From contig OX597821.1 in NCBI GenBank assembly GCA_951406725.2, positions 110,918,001 to 110,982,000 on the forward strand: a stretch of DNA of 64,000 nucleotides. The letters run 5' to 3'. Below the pieces are notes generated by a model, which searched no databases, was not told where the DNA came from, and saw only the letters and a program-made list of their open reading frames with translations. The first letter of the stretch is position 1; every line of letters starts with the position of its first letter. The position numbers were made by a program, and so were the translations under genes. Below are positions 18,023 to 29,935 of this stretch, piece after piece. The DNA is from Octopus vulgaris. Its lineage: Eukaryota.

Positions 18023-18464
18023 TACATGTATGAGTGGACGTATGTATATGTATAATATAATATATATACATATATATATGTATATAAATCTATGGATGAT
18101 TTTGTTCGTATTGGTGTATATATATATATATATATATAATAAATAGATAGATAGATAGATAGATATGTACACATTTTTATGTATGTATGCTTGTTTCTAT
18201 ATTCATACGATACCATGTACAATATTCGTCATAGAACATTTGAAACACACACACACACACACACAGATACATACGTATGTGGGTGTAGTGTGCGTGTGTG
18301 CGTGTGTGTGTGCGTGTGTGTGTAATGCGGTGACATAGTGTGCCTTCGCAATTTGTCAAATATTTCACAACGTGATCATTACCGCAGTTACGCTACATAC
18401 ACACAAGTCATATGTATGCGAGTGTGCTGTTTTTGTGCGGAAGACGGCTTTTGTACATGTATAA

Positions 18465-18509
<45 letters not shown>

Positions 18510-18633
18510 TTCGTTTCTCGTTGTGTTCTACGTTTATTTGTGGTGTCCTGTACTCATATATGCATGTATACATACATATAGATGTAGGTATGTACATATA
18601 TGTATGTATGCATATGTTTTATTTATTAAATTG

Positions 18634-18682
<49 letters not shown>

Positions 18683-18724
18683 TATATTATATTGCATTAT
18701 ATACATATATCCAGCTGCCGACAT

Positions 18725-18766
<42 letters not shown>

Positions 18767-18785
18767 ATATGTGTGTGTGTGTGTA

Positions 18786-18966
18786 TTCTTTTACTTGTTT
18801 CAGTCATTTGACTGCGGCCATGCTAGAGCACCGCCTTTAGTCGAACAAATCACCCCCACGACTAGTACTTATTCTATTGGTCTCTTTTACCGAACTGCTA
18901 TGTTACGGGGATGTAAACACACCGGTTGTCAAGCGATGGTGGGGGGGACAAGCACACACACACACT

Positions 18967-19023
<57 letters not shown>

Positions 19024-19195
19024 GCATATATACGAAGGCTTCTTTCAGTTTCCGTCTACCAAATCCACTCACAAGGCTTTGGTCGGCCCGAGGCTATAGT
19101 AGAAGACACTTGCCCAAGGTGCCACTCAGTGGGAATGAACCCGGAACCATGTGGTTGGTAAGCAAGCTACTTACCACACAGCCACTCCTGCGCCT
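18786..19195 (-). mobile_element. SINE family A (tRNA-derived, internal TA/CA microsatellite), full length
   Basis: Reverse complement of the GGCGCAGGAGTGGCTGTGTGGTAAG head (A/B-box-like) through the GACTGAAACAAGTAAAAGA tail. Confidence 0.9.
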
Positions 19196-19431
19196 AAATA
19201 TATATTTGTCTATATAATATAGAATGTTTCTACGATGTCAATCGCTTAGTGTAATTCCGGAGAATTTTAACAAATGGTTATTGTTATGAAAATAATTGGT
19301 ATATCAGAAAAGTCATGTACACCCAGGTTATTGAGCCGGTTATTGTTATCTTAAATGTCTGTCACGAAAAGATCGTGATGATTGCACAAATGAAATTTAT
19401 ACATATGTAGGAGTGCCCCCCCCACCCCTGT

Positions 19432-19462
<31 letters not shown>

Positions 19463-19520
19463 ATTTATGTGATATACATATGACTCAAATTTATGTATGC
19501 GTCTATATATATATGCATTC

Positions 19521-19557
<37 letters not shown>

Positions 19558-19599
19558 TATAGACACGTATGTAAACATATATATGTATATTATATAGTG

Positions 19600-19990
19600 T
19601 ATGTTTGTGTGTCTGTGTTTGTCCCCCAAGCATTGCTTGACAACCGATACTGGTGTGTTTATGTCCCCGTCACCAAGCGGTTCGACAAAAGAGACCGATA
19701 GAGTAAGTACTGGGCTTACAAAGAATAAGTCCCGTGATCGATTTGCTCGACTAAAGGCGGTGCTCCAGCATGGCCGCAGTCAAATGACTGAAACAAGTAA
19801 AAGAGTAAAAGAGTGGCTGTGTGGTAAGAAGCTTGCTTACCAACCACATAATTTCGGGTTCAGTCCCACTGCGTGGTACCTTGGACAAGTGTCTTCTACT
19901 ATAGCTTCGGGCCGACCAAAGCCTTGTGAGTGGATTTGGTTGACGAAAACTGAAAGAAGCCCGTCGTATATGTATATATGTATATATATT

Positions 19991-20071
<81 letters not shown>

Positions 20072-20258
20072 TGTCCCCGCCACCACACTCGGCAACTGAT
20101 GTTGGTATATTTACGTCCCTGTAACCTAGCGGTTCGGTTAAAGAGACCGATAGAATAAGTATTAGGCTTACAAAAGAATAAGTTCTGGGGTCGTTGTGTT
20201 CGACTAAAAGCGGTGCTCCAGCATGGCCGCAATCAAATGACTGAAACAAGTAAAAGAA
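19600..20258 (+). mobile_element. Two tandem SINE family A copies (3' half followed by a near-full copy)
   Basis: A tail ...AAGTAAAAGAGTAAAA runs directly into the GAGTGGCTGTGTGGTAAG head at ~19811. The second copy has an internal (TG)n. Confidence 0.9.
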
Positions 20259-20417
20259 TAAAAAAATGAAAAGATATACACACATGCATACATTCTTTAG
20301 TACATATATATAAATACATACACAAACGGGTGGGTATTTATATATTATATATATACGTACAACGTATGTATTTGTATGTATGTATGTTATGTATATACGC
20401 ATGTCTGTATGTATGTA

Positions 20418-20506
20418 CAAGGGGTGCATGAAAAGCTTTGAGCCTTGTAGTCTTGTACCATATATATTTTTTTTTTTGAGGCTCAAGCTTTTTCATACGT
20501 CCCTCG
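20418..20506. mobile_element. ~90-bp Mariner-type MITE
   Basis: TA-flanked TIRs CAAGGGGTGCATGAAAAGCTTTGAGCCT / AGGCTCAAGCTTTTTCATACGTCCCTCG. Confidence 0.7.
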
Positions 20507-20711
20507 TATATATGTATGTATGTATGTATGTACATATATATGTATGAATGTATTACAACTTCTGAGGCTGTCTTTCCTCAGTCAACGTTCAGTCTCACTG
20601 TCCTTATGAAATGTCATTAGTCGTGTTTCAAAAATCGATCGATCTCCACCACAGCTACAGTTATCCAGCTGCCGATATTGATTTATCCAGCTGCCTCAAA
20701 ATACAATAAAA

Positions 20712-20937
20712 CCCTTTGGCTCTTCAAACCATTTTCATAAGTTTTCCCTAAATGTCCAACGGTGTTTTCAGCCTTTTAGGTCAGCCCTTGTTTCATTCGT
20801 ATAGAATAATATAAAGCTTTCCTTACCTAATTCCTAGCGATTGGAGAAAAAATTGGTAACGTGTATCATTTATGATGCAAGAATGCCAGAGCAATATGTT
20901 CCGTGTGTCACATGGAATACACAGGACAAAGTATTAA
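20712..20937 (+). mobile_element. piggyBac-like MITE, copy 1
   Basis: Starts CCCTTT and ends ...AAAGTA-TTAA. Homologous to 22514-22757. Confidence 0.6.
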
Positions 20938-20940
20938 GTC

Positions 20941-22445
20941 TGTCGCTGTGGATACGGATTTCTGAGTGATCTACGCAGCATCGGTTTAGCTGCGTAGAGA
21001 ATGGTAAAAAGATGTGTCTGTATATAAGGGGTCTGTATATAAGGGGTCTGTATATAAGGGGTCTGTATCTTGTGAAGGCATCCTGGATTTACATTAAACC
21101 TGTTGCTGTGGATACGGATTTCTGAGTGATCTACGCAGCATCGGTTTAGCTGCGTAGAGAATGGTAAAAAGATGTGTCTGTATATAAGGGGTCTGTATAT
21201 AAGGGGTCTGTATATAAGGGGTCTGTATCTTGTGAAGGCATCCTGGATTTACATTAAACCTGTTGCTGTGGATACGGATTTCTGAGTGATCTACGCAGCA
21301 TCGGTTTAGCTGTGTAGAGAATGGTAAAAAGATGTGTCTGTATATAAGGGGTCTGTATATAAGGGGTCTGTATATAAGGGGCCTGTATCTTGTGAAGGCA
21401 TCCTGGATTTACATTAAACCTGTTGCTGTGGATACGGATTTCTGAGTGATCTACGCAGCATCGGTTTAGCTGCGTAGAGAATGGTAAAAAGATGTGTCTG
21501 TATATAAGGGGTCTGTATATAAGGGGTCTGTATATAAGGGGTCTGTATCTCGTGTAGGCATCCTGGATTTACATTAAACCTGTTGCTGTGGATACGGATT
21601 TCTGAGTGATCTACGCAGCATCGGTTTAGCTGCGTAGAGAATGGTAAAAAGATGTGTCTGTATATAAGGGGTCTGTATATAAGGGGTCTGTATCTTGTGA
21701 AGGCATCCTGGGCTTACTTTAAACCTGTTGCTGTGGATCCGGAATTCTTATTGGTGTATGTGGCATCGGATTAGTTGCACTGAGAATGGTAAAAAGATGT
21801 GTCTGTATATATAAGGGTGTCTGTAATTAAGGGTATCTGTTTATAAGGGTGTCTGTATTTTGTGTAGGCATCCTGGATTTATTTTAAATCTGTTGTTGTG
21901 AATCCGGATTTCTGAGTCATCCACGTAGCATCGGTTTAGTTGCGCAGAGAATGGTAAAAACATGTGTTTGTATATATAAGGGTGTCTGTAATTAAGGGTG
22001 TCTGTATATAAGGGTGTCTGTATATAAGGGTGTCTGTATCTTGTGTAGGCACCCTGGGCTTACTTTAAACCTGTTGCTGTGGATCCGGAATTCTTATTGG
22101 TGTATGTAGCATCGGATTAGTTGTACTGAGAATGGTAAAAAGATGTGTCTGTATATCAGGGTGTCTGTATATAAGGCTGTCTGTAATTAAGGGTGTCTGT
22201 ATGTAAGGGGGTCTGTATCTTATGTAGGCATCCTGTGTTTACTTTAAATCTGTTGTTGTGAATCCGGATTTCTGAGTCATCCACGTAGCATCGGTTTAGT
22301 TGCGCAGAGAATGGTAAGAAAGATGTGTCTGTAAATAAGGGTGTCTGTAAATAAGGTTGTCTGTAATTAAGGGTGTCTGTATATAAGGGTGTCTGTATCT
22401 TGTGTAGGCATCCTGTGTTTACTTTAAACCTGTTGGTGTGACCTT
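20941..22445 (+). repeat. Satellite of ~145-180-bp units with internal 15/16-bp subrepeats
   Basis: Units start at 20941, 21101, 21261, 21421, 21581, 21726, 21891, 22072, 22251 and 22431. Subrepeat is GTCTGTATATAAGGG(T). Confidence 0.95.
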
Positions 22446-22513
22446 TCATGTCATCTGCAAACGAAGCTGTCTGCATCTTTTGTGGCGACCTGGATGTTCT
22501 AGATTTACTTTAA

Positions 22514-22757
22514 CCCTTTCCCTGTCCAAAACATTTTCGTAAGTTTCTCCTTAAATGTCCCTCTTTGTCTCCAGACTTTTAGTTTATCCTCGTTTCATAC
22601 GCTCTGAATAATGATAAGAAGCTTTCCTTTCATAATTCCCAACTTACTCTGGTGGTTGAAGAATAAATCAGTAAATGTGTATCATATCAAATGCATGGAC
22701 GCCCGGGCAATATGTTCTGTGTATCACATGTGAGTCACGGGACGGGCAAAATGTTAA
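22514..22757 (+). mobile_element. piggyBac-like MITE, copy 2
   Basis: TTAA-CCCTTT start and ...AAAATG-TTAA end. Shares AAGCTTTCCTT, GCAATATGTTC and TCACATG with copy 1. Confidence 0.65.
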
Positions 22758-22909
22758 GCATTGTACGTTACGATCCTGCAATAGGGTAGCTTTTCTATGT
22801 AGTCTTTTTATCTGCTTGAAATAGCAGCCAAATCTGGGGCCTTCTTAAAGAAAATTAGTCAGAAATTATCTAGTTGCGTGCCAAAAGTAATTTCTTTAGA
22901 TGTTTAACA

Positions 22910-23706
22910 TATTTTAAGCATCGTAGATTACATTTCTGCGAAACTAAATGAGGAATGTGTGTCATGTATGATGTATGTATGTATGTATGTATGTATGTAT
23001 GTATGTATGTATGTATGTATGTATGATGTATGTATGATGATGTATGTATGTATGTATGTATGTATGTATGATGATGTATGTATGTATGATGATGTATGTA
23101 TGTATGATGATGTATGTATGTATGTATGTATGTATGTATGTATGATGATGTATGTATGTATGATGATGTATGTATGTATGTATGATGATGTATGTATGTA
23201 TGATGATGTATGTATGTATGTATGTATGTATGTATGTATGTATGATGATGTATGTATGTATGATGATGTATGTATGTATGTATGTATGTATGTATGTATG
23301 TATGATGATGTATGTATGTATGATGATGTATGTATGTATGTATGTATGTATGTATGTATGATGATGTATGTATGTATGATGATGTATGTATGTATGTATG
23401 TATGTATGTATGTATGTATGTATGTATGTATGTATGTATGTATGATGATGTATGTATGTATGTATGATGATGTATGTATGTATGATGATGTATGTATGTA
23501 TGTATGTATGTATGTATGTATGTATGATGATGTATGTATGTATGATGATGTATGTATGTATGTATGTATGTATGTATGTATGTATGTATGTATGTATGTA
23601 TGTATGTATGATGTATGTATGATGCATGTGTCATGTATGATGCATGGAGGCCAGGAAAATATGTCATTCGTATCACATGTGATTCAGAGGAGAAGAAAAG
23701 GATTAA
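22910..23706 (+). repeat. 3' part of a third piggyBac-like MITE interrupted by a ~650-bp (TATG/GAT)n microsatellite
   Basis: 16-bp direct repeat TGTGTCATGTATGATG at 22958-22973 and 23627-23642 flanks the tract. The distal part ATGCATGGAGGCCAGGAAAATATG...TCACATGTGA...GGATTAA matches copy 2. Confidence 0.7.
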
Positions 23707-23829
23707 CAACATCCTTCCATCTCAGTCAAGTTCGATGCTCACATCTCATACCCCAACACCCCAGCTACAGTATTTGGGTGAGAAATCAAGTTTCTTCTCC
23801 TCCTGAAACATACCTTAGACATACCAGCT

Positions 23830-24225
23830 TCGGCATGGCTGTATGGTTCAGAACCTCGCTTTTCAACCACGTGGTTTCTAGTTCAATTCCAATGTATGGC
23901 ACCTTGGGCAACTGTCTTCTACAATAAACACGGGCCGACCAGTGCCTTGTGAGTGATTGTGGTTGGCGGAAACTGTGTGAGACCCCGTCGTCTGTGTGTG
24001 TGTGTGTGTGTGCGTGCGCGTACGCGCGCTAGCGTGTGTGTGTCTTTACGTTTGTGTTTATCCATCACCATCGCTTGACAACCGGTATTGGTTTATTTAG
24101 TAGTTTGGCAAAAGAGACCGATAGAATATGAATCAAACATGAAAATTAATACCGGGGACCCCTTCAAGGCGGTGCCCCTGCATGACCGCTGTCTAAAAGC
24201 TGAAACAATTAAAGAAGTAAAACGA
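23830..24225 (+). mobile_element. SINE family A, older diverged copy
   Basis: Head, internal (TG)n, ATCGCTTGACAACCG and tail are all recognisable. Confidence 0.8.
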
Positions 24226-24261
24226 AAAGATACCCAGCTCAACTGAAGTTTCGTTGAATTA

Positions 24262-24450
24262 TTATTTCCTCCATGTTAAGACACGTGACGTCCTCAGCAA
24301 AAGAGCATTCCTCCTGTCCTTGCCTTTACATGTGATGTTTATGATCCACCTCAGGCATTTCCTCATGTATGCATGAAGTTTCGTTTTCTTAATACCTGTT
24401 TACGATATATAAAGAATATCACAGTATGATCAGATGCTGTTATACACCAC
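24262..24450 (-). mobile_element. Ancient RTE LINE ORF remnant (post-RT region)
   Basis: Reverse translation LHAYMRKCLRWIINITCKGKDRRNALLLRTS resembles the RTE segment LEAFHMRCLRRILGISWQDKVTN. Confidence 0.55.
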
Positions 24451-24454
24451 TGAT

Positions 24455-24718
24455 CACAATACATTTCCAATTCTATTCTGATTGCGCCATTCTTTTCCAC
24501 CTTGACCCAAATCGCTTAACTAAATTGTTTCCCCATCATCATGGAGGCCTTTTCCTATCTCTTGAAGACCGCTTAGCAACTGTTGTCTGTGAACCTTGCT
24601 ACATGTCCAGCCATGTGGAACTTGTGCTTTCGGTAATCCGCGATCACATCATTCACTCAGTTCTATTCTCAGTTTATCACATTTCTGATTTTTTTTTTAT
24701 CATTTTCGAAATGAGATG
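24455..24718 (-). mobile_element. RTE LINE C-terminal fragment
   Basis: Reverse translation RKHKFHMAGHVARFTDN ... KRPP..W..NLVKRFGSRWKRMAQ matches the RTE WAGHVAR/KRP motifs. Confidence 0.7.
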
Positions 24719-25200
24719 CAATAATCCCTCAACTATCAACCTCTCACAATAGGCGAAAATCTGCGAAGTAGAAACAATACTGTACTGTACATATTTTTTT
24801 TAATTTTTATAATTCATATTTATTTTATTATAAATGCAAAACAACACCCCACACTCGCCTCCCAATTTTCGTTTTCCATACAATATGTGCTCAAACTGTA
24901 CTCTACGTTAACTCATCTACGGTACTCTACGTATTTTCTTTTAATACATTTTAATTAATGTGTTATACAGTGCAGTACTGTACTCTATTCTTATTCATTA
25001 ATTTATTAATTTTTAGGCGTAAAAATCCTTATTCTATCACAGAAATAATTAAAATCTAAAAAAAATATAAATACCATTCGGCTGCAGAAACCCGCGATAC
25101 ACTGAGGAGTCCGCGATATAAATTTACATATATCAGCCAGAAAAATCCGCGATATACTGAGTGCGCGATAGGTGAACCGCGATATGGCGAGGGATTACTG
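24719..25200. mobile_element. Tigger/pogo-type MITE
   Basis: TIRs CAATAATCCCTC / GAGGGATTACTG followed by TA, with repeated CCGCGATA subterminal motifs. Confidence 0.75.
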
Positions 25201-25419
25201 TAAATGAACGCGAAAGGATATATCCTTAATATACCCGATCCATAAAGTAGGGTGCATCATAATTATTATTGGGCATAGTTTGCATTTCCTTTGGACCTTC
25301 ACGTGTTTGTTTTCTTTCTCACTTCTTCTGCCAACCTGAGCTGGCAATCGACCAAGGGTATTGCACTCATGATCGTTAGATCATCACTCCGATTCCTATA
25401 TAAGCTAATGCGTTATGTT

Positions 25420-26130
25420 CTTGAGCAAAACAATCAGCTCCACGTTGCTCGTGTCCACTCTGCGATGAATGAGTAAACCTACAACGGACTGGTGACCCGT
25501 CCAGGGCTGATATAACCTTGGTCACTTATACGCCAAGGAAACCGAATAACCGGACCTGTGGGTCCAAGGGTTCGAAACTGTCAACATTCCTAAAGCTCAG
25601 GTCATCTTATTTAGCTGATGTGATCTTGGTCACTTATACGCCAAGGCTGATGTGATCTTGGTCACTTATACGCCAGGGCTGATGTGGTCTTGGTCACTTT
25701 TACGCCAAGGAAACCGAGTAACCGGACCTGTGGGTCCAAGGATTCGAAACTGTCAACATTCCTAAAGCCCAGGTCATCTTATTTAGCTGATGTGATCTTG
25801 GTCACTTATACGCCAGGGCTGATGTGATCTTGGTCACTTATACGCCAGGGTTGATGTGATCTTGGTCATTATACGCCATGGCTGATGTGGTCTTGGTCAC
25901 TTTTACGCCAAGGAAACCGAGTAACCGGACCTGTGGGTCCAAGGGTTCGAAACTGTCAACATTCCTAAAGCCCAGGTCATCTTATTTAGCTGATGTGATC
26001 TTGGTCACTTATACACCAGGACTCATATGGTTTTGAACACATATACGCCAAGGAAACTGAGTAACCGGACCTACGAGTCCAAGGTTTCGAAACTGCCAAC
26101 CTTCCGAATGCCCAGGTATTCTTATTTAGT
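25420..26130 (+). repeat. SINE (Meta-domain-like) 3' end expanded into a nested tandem array
   Basis: TTGAGCAAAAC...CCACTC...CGGACTGG..CCCGTCCAGGG is followed by 4 units containing GGAAAC(C/T)GA(G/A)TAACCGGACC, separated by 2-4 copies of a ~32-bp GCTGATGTGATCTTGGTCACTTATACGCCA(A/G)G. Confidence 0.8.
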
Positions 26131-26149
26131 TTGCTTCTAGCTGCTTCTG

Positions 26150-26660
26150 CTCTACGATGATGATGGCGGATTCAGGCTGTGCCATTTGGCTTGCATGAAG
26201 CTTTGACTGACAAACAATTCCAGCTTTCCGGGTGTTAATATTTAAAACGAACTTTGAGGCCACACCACCAAAAGCATCCACTCGGCTCTACAAAGTCTCT
26301 GCACTATCAGTAACAAAGACACAACAGTGAGAAAACATTTCTTTTACTAAGATATTGGATAACTAACTGTCAGTTTTAAATTTTGACCTTTTAAACAGAT
26401 TAGCATCAAGTCTTGTCTTCATATACCTTCGGTGAGATTTCAGAATGCCTCCTCATACGTTGCTACAGAATTGTGTAAGGATAATGACGGTGATAAAATA
26501 CGGCTATGTACGATTCTTGCTGTAAAATCAAACAGTACAGAGCTGGAGTTTAACTGCATAATACAAGCTAATGCTCGGGTGTAACACCTCGATCTTACCA
26601 AGTGAAATGTTCCGGTCATCGAAGCCTTTCTGAGGTCTATCACAGACCCGACATGTTTAC
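26150..26660 (-). pseudogene. Decayed RTE reverse transcriptase remnant
   Basis: With frameshifts the reverse strand gives IDLRKA(F)D, ILSPSL, TRLDANLFKRSKFK, ILVKEMF and VFVTDSAETL.SRVDAF...KFVLNINTRK, colinear with RTE RT motifs. Confidence 0.65.
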
Positions 26661-26664
26661 AGTA

Positions 26665-29362
26665 TGTAAGCTCTCCAACAAGACTCCTATGCCAGCTCTC
26701 CAACAAGAATCCTATGTCAGCTCTCCAGCATGATTCTTATGTCAGCTCTCCAACAGGATTCCTATGTCAGCTCTCCAGCAAGATTCCTATGTCAGCTCTC
26801 CAACAGGATTCCTATGTCAGCTCTCCAACAAGATTCCTATGTCAGCTCTCCAACAGGATTCCTATGTCAGCTCTCCAGCATGATTCTTATGTCAGCTCTC
26901 CAACAGGATTCCTATGTCAGCTCTCCAACAAGATTCCTATGTCAGCTCTCCAACAGGATTCCTATGTCAGCTCTCCAGCATGATTCGTATGTCAGCTCTC
27001 CAACAGGATTCCTATGTCAGCTCTCCAACAAGATTCCTATGTCAGCTCTCCAACAGGATTCCTATGTCAGCTCTCCAGCATGATTCGTATGTCAGCTCTC
27101 CAACAGGATTCCTATGTCAGCTCTCCAACAAGATTCCTATGTCAGCTCTCCAACAGGATTCCTATGTCAGCTCTCCAACAGGATTGCAAAGTCAGCTCTC
27201 TAACAAGATTCTTATATCAGCTCTCCAACAAGATTCCTATAACAGCCCTCCAACAAGATTCTTATATCAGCTCTCCAACAAAATTCCTATGTCAGCTCTC
27301 CAACAAGATTCCTGTATCATCACTTCAACAGGATACTTATGTCAGCTCTCCAACAGGATTGCAAAGTCAGCTCTCCTACAGAATCCTATGTCAGCTCTCA
27401 AACAGGATCCTATATCAGCTCTCCAACAAGATTCCTATATCAGCTCTCCATCAAGATTACTATGTCAGCTCTCCAACAGGATTGCAAAGTCAGCTCTCCA
27501 ACAAGAATCCTATATCAGCTCTTCAACAGGATTCCTATATCATCTCTCCATCAAGATTCCTATGTCAGCTCTCCAACTGGATTGCGAAGTCAGCTCTCCA
27601 ACAATAATCCTATATCAGCTCTTCAACAGGATTCCTATATCAGCTCTCCAACAAGATTCCTATGTCAGCTCTCCAACAGGATTCCTATGTCAGCTCTCCA
27701 ACAGGATTCCTATGTCTGCTCTCCAACAGGATCCTCTGTCAGCTCTCCAACAGGATTCCTATGTCAGCTCTCCAACAAGATTCGTATGTCAGCTCTCCAA
27801 CAGGATTCCTATATCAGCTCTCCAACAAGATTCCTATGTCAGCTCTCCAGCAAGATTCCTATACCAGCTCTCCAACAGGATTGCAAAGTCAACTCTCCAA
27901 CAGGATCCTATGTCAGCTCTCCAACAAGATTCCTATATCAGCTCTCCAGCAAGATTCCTATGTCAGCTCACCAACAGGATTCCTATGTCAGCTCTCCAAC
28001 AGGATTCCTATATCAGCTCTCCAACAGGATTCCTATATCAGCTCTCCAACAGGATTCCTATATCAGCTCTCCAACTGGATTCTTATATCAGCTCTCCAAC
28101 AAGATTCCTATGTCAGCTCTCCAACAGGATTCCTATATCAGCTCTCCAACAGGATTCCTATATCAGCTCTCCAACAAGGTTCCTATGTCAGCTCTCCAAC
28201 AAGATTCCTATGTCAGCTCTCCAACAAGATTCGTATGTCAGCTCTCCAACAAGATTTCTATGTCAGCTCCCCAACAAGATTCCTATGTCAGCTCTCCAAC
28301 TGGATTCCTATATCAGCTCTCCAACAGGATTGCAAAGTCAGCTCTCCCACAGGATCCTATGTCAGCTCTCCACCAGGATTTCTATGTGAGCTCTCCAACA
28401 AGATTCCTATATCAGCTCTTCAACAGGATTGCAAAGTCAGCTATCCAATAAGATTCCTATGTCAGCGCTCCAACAGGATTCCTATGTCAGCTCTCCACCA
28501 GGATTCCTATGTCAGCTCTCCAACAGGATTCCTATGTCAGCTCTCCAAAAGGATTCCTATATCTGCTCTCCAACAGGATCCTCTGTCAGCTCTCCAACAG
28601 GATTCCTATATCAGCTCTCCAACAAGATTCCTATGTCAGCTCTCCAACAAGATTCCTATGTCAGCTCTCAAACAGGATTCCTATATCAGCTCTCCGAAAG
28701 GATTCCTATATCAGCTCTCCAACAAGATTCCTATTTCAGCTCCTCAACAAGATTCTTATGTCAGCTCTCCACCAGGATTCCTATATCAGCTCTCCAGCAA
28801 GATTCCTATGCCAGCTCTCCAACAAGATTCCTATGTCAGCTCCCCAACAAGATCCCTATGTCAGCTCTCCAACAGGATTCCTATATCAGCTCTCCAGCAA
28901 GATTCCTATGTCAGCTCTCCAACAGGATTCCTATATCAGCTCTCCAACAAGGTTCCTATGTCAGCTCTCCAACAGGATTCCTATATCAGCTCTCCGAAAG
29001 GATTCCTATACCAGCTCTCCAACAAGATTCCTGTGTCCGCTCCCCAACAAGATTCCTATATCAGCTCTCCAACAGGATTCCTATATCAGCTCTCCAGCAA
29101 GATTCCTATGTCAGCTCTCCAACAGGATTCCTATATCAGCTCTCCAACAGGATTGCAAAGTAAGCTCTCCAACAGGATCCAATGTCAGCTTTCCACCAGG
29201 ATTCCTGTGTGAGCTCTCCAACAAGATTTCTATATCAGCTCTTCAGCAGGATTGCAAAGTCATCTATCCAATAAGATTCCTATGTCAGCTCTCCAACAGG
29301 ATCCTATGTCAGCTCTCCACCAGAATTCCTATGTCAGCTCTCCAACTGGATCCATATGTCAG
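26665..29362 (+). repeat. 25-bp minisatellite, ~2.7 kb (roughly 105-110 units)
   Basis: Consensus GATTCCTATGTCAGCTCTCCAACA(G/A), with interspersed GATTGCAAAGTC variants and 24-bp units. The overlapping long ORFs are repeat artefacts. Confidence 0.97.
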
Positions 29363-29769
29363 TGGATCTCAAATGTGTTTCCAACGATGAAAATCTACTC
29401 AAACGGTTTGATTAACTCAGATCAGTCGACATCTATTTAGTTTTGTCAAGATGCTCTGTGACATGACCTCCCAGGACAGAGATGACTCATGTTGTGCGAT
29501 CTACCGGTGAGTTATTGCAGTGGCTGAAGAATCAATATGTTTTCTGCTGTCCATAGCTACTGTACATGATATCTTGTTCAGACCGCTGTGCTATGTCCTA
29601 AGTTACAGCAAAAACTGTTAACAATTATATCTCACATCCATAGGAGTACTGTTAAATGTTGTCGATATCTTCGTAAATAAATAATCATGTGTGTATATGT
29701 CTGTAAGCATATATATATATACACACACATATACATATATACACACACACATATATATATACTTATACC

Positions 29770-29818
<49 letters not shown>

Positions 29819-29935
29819 TTATGTATATATTCACATCTTTATATACATGAATATATAAATACACAAACACACACTCACATTTACATGCATATATACACAC
29901 ATATGGCAGATATTTGTACAGATATGCGCGTAATA

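Noticed and set aside
20950-21030. Hammerhead-like motif in the 160-bp satellite (CTGAGTGA, 10-bp hairpin TCTACGCAGC/GCTGCGTAGA, GAAT)
   Set aside because: The core has an extra base, GAAT instead of GAAA, and no stem III or NUH site. The hairpin is not conserved in the older units.
26714-29440. Long 200-516 aa ORFs or a CRISPR-like array
   Set aside because: These are contiguous 25-bp units with no unique spacers and no cas genes. ORFs in all three frames follow from a stop-free unit.
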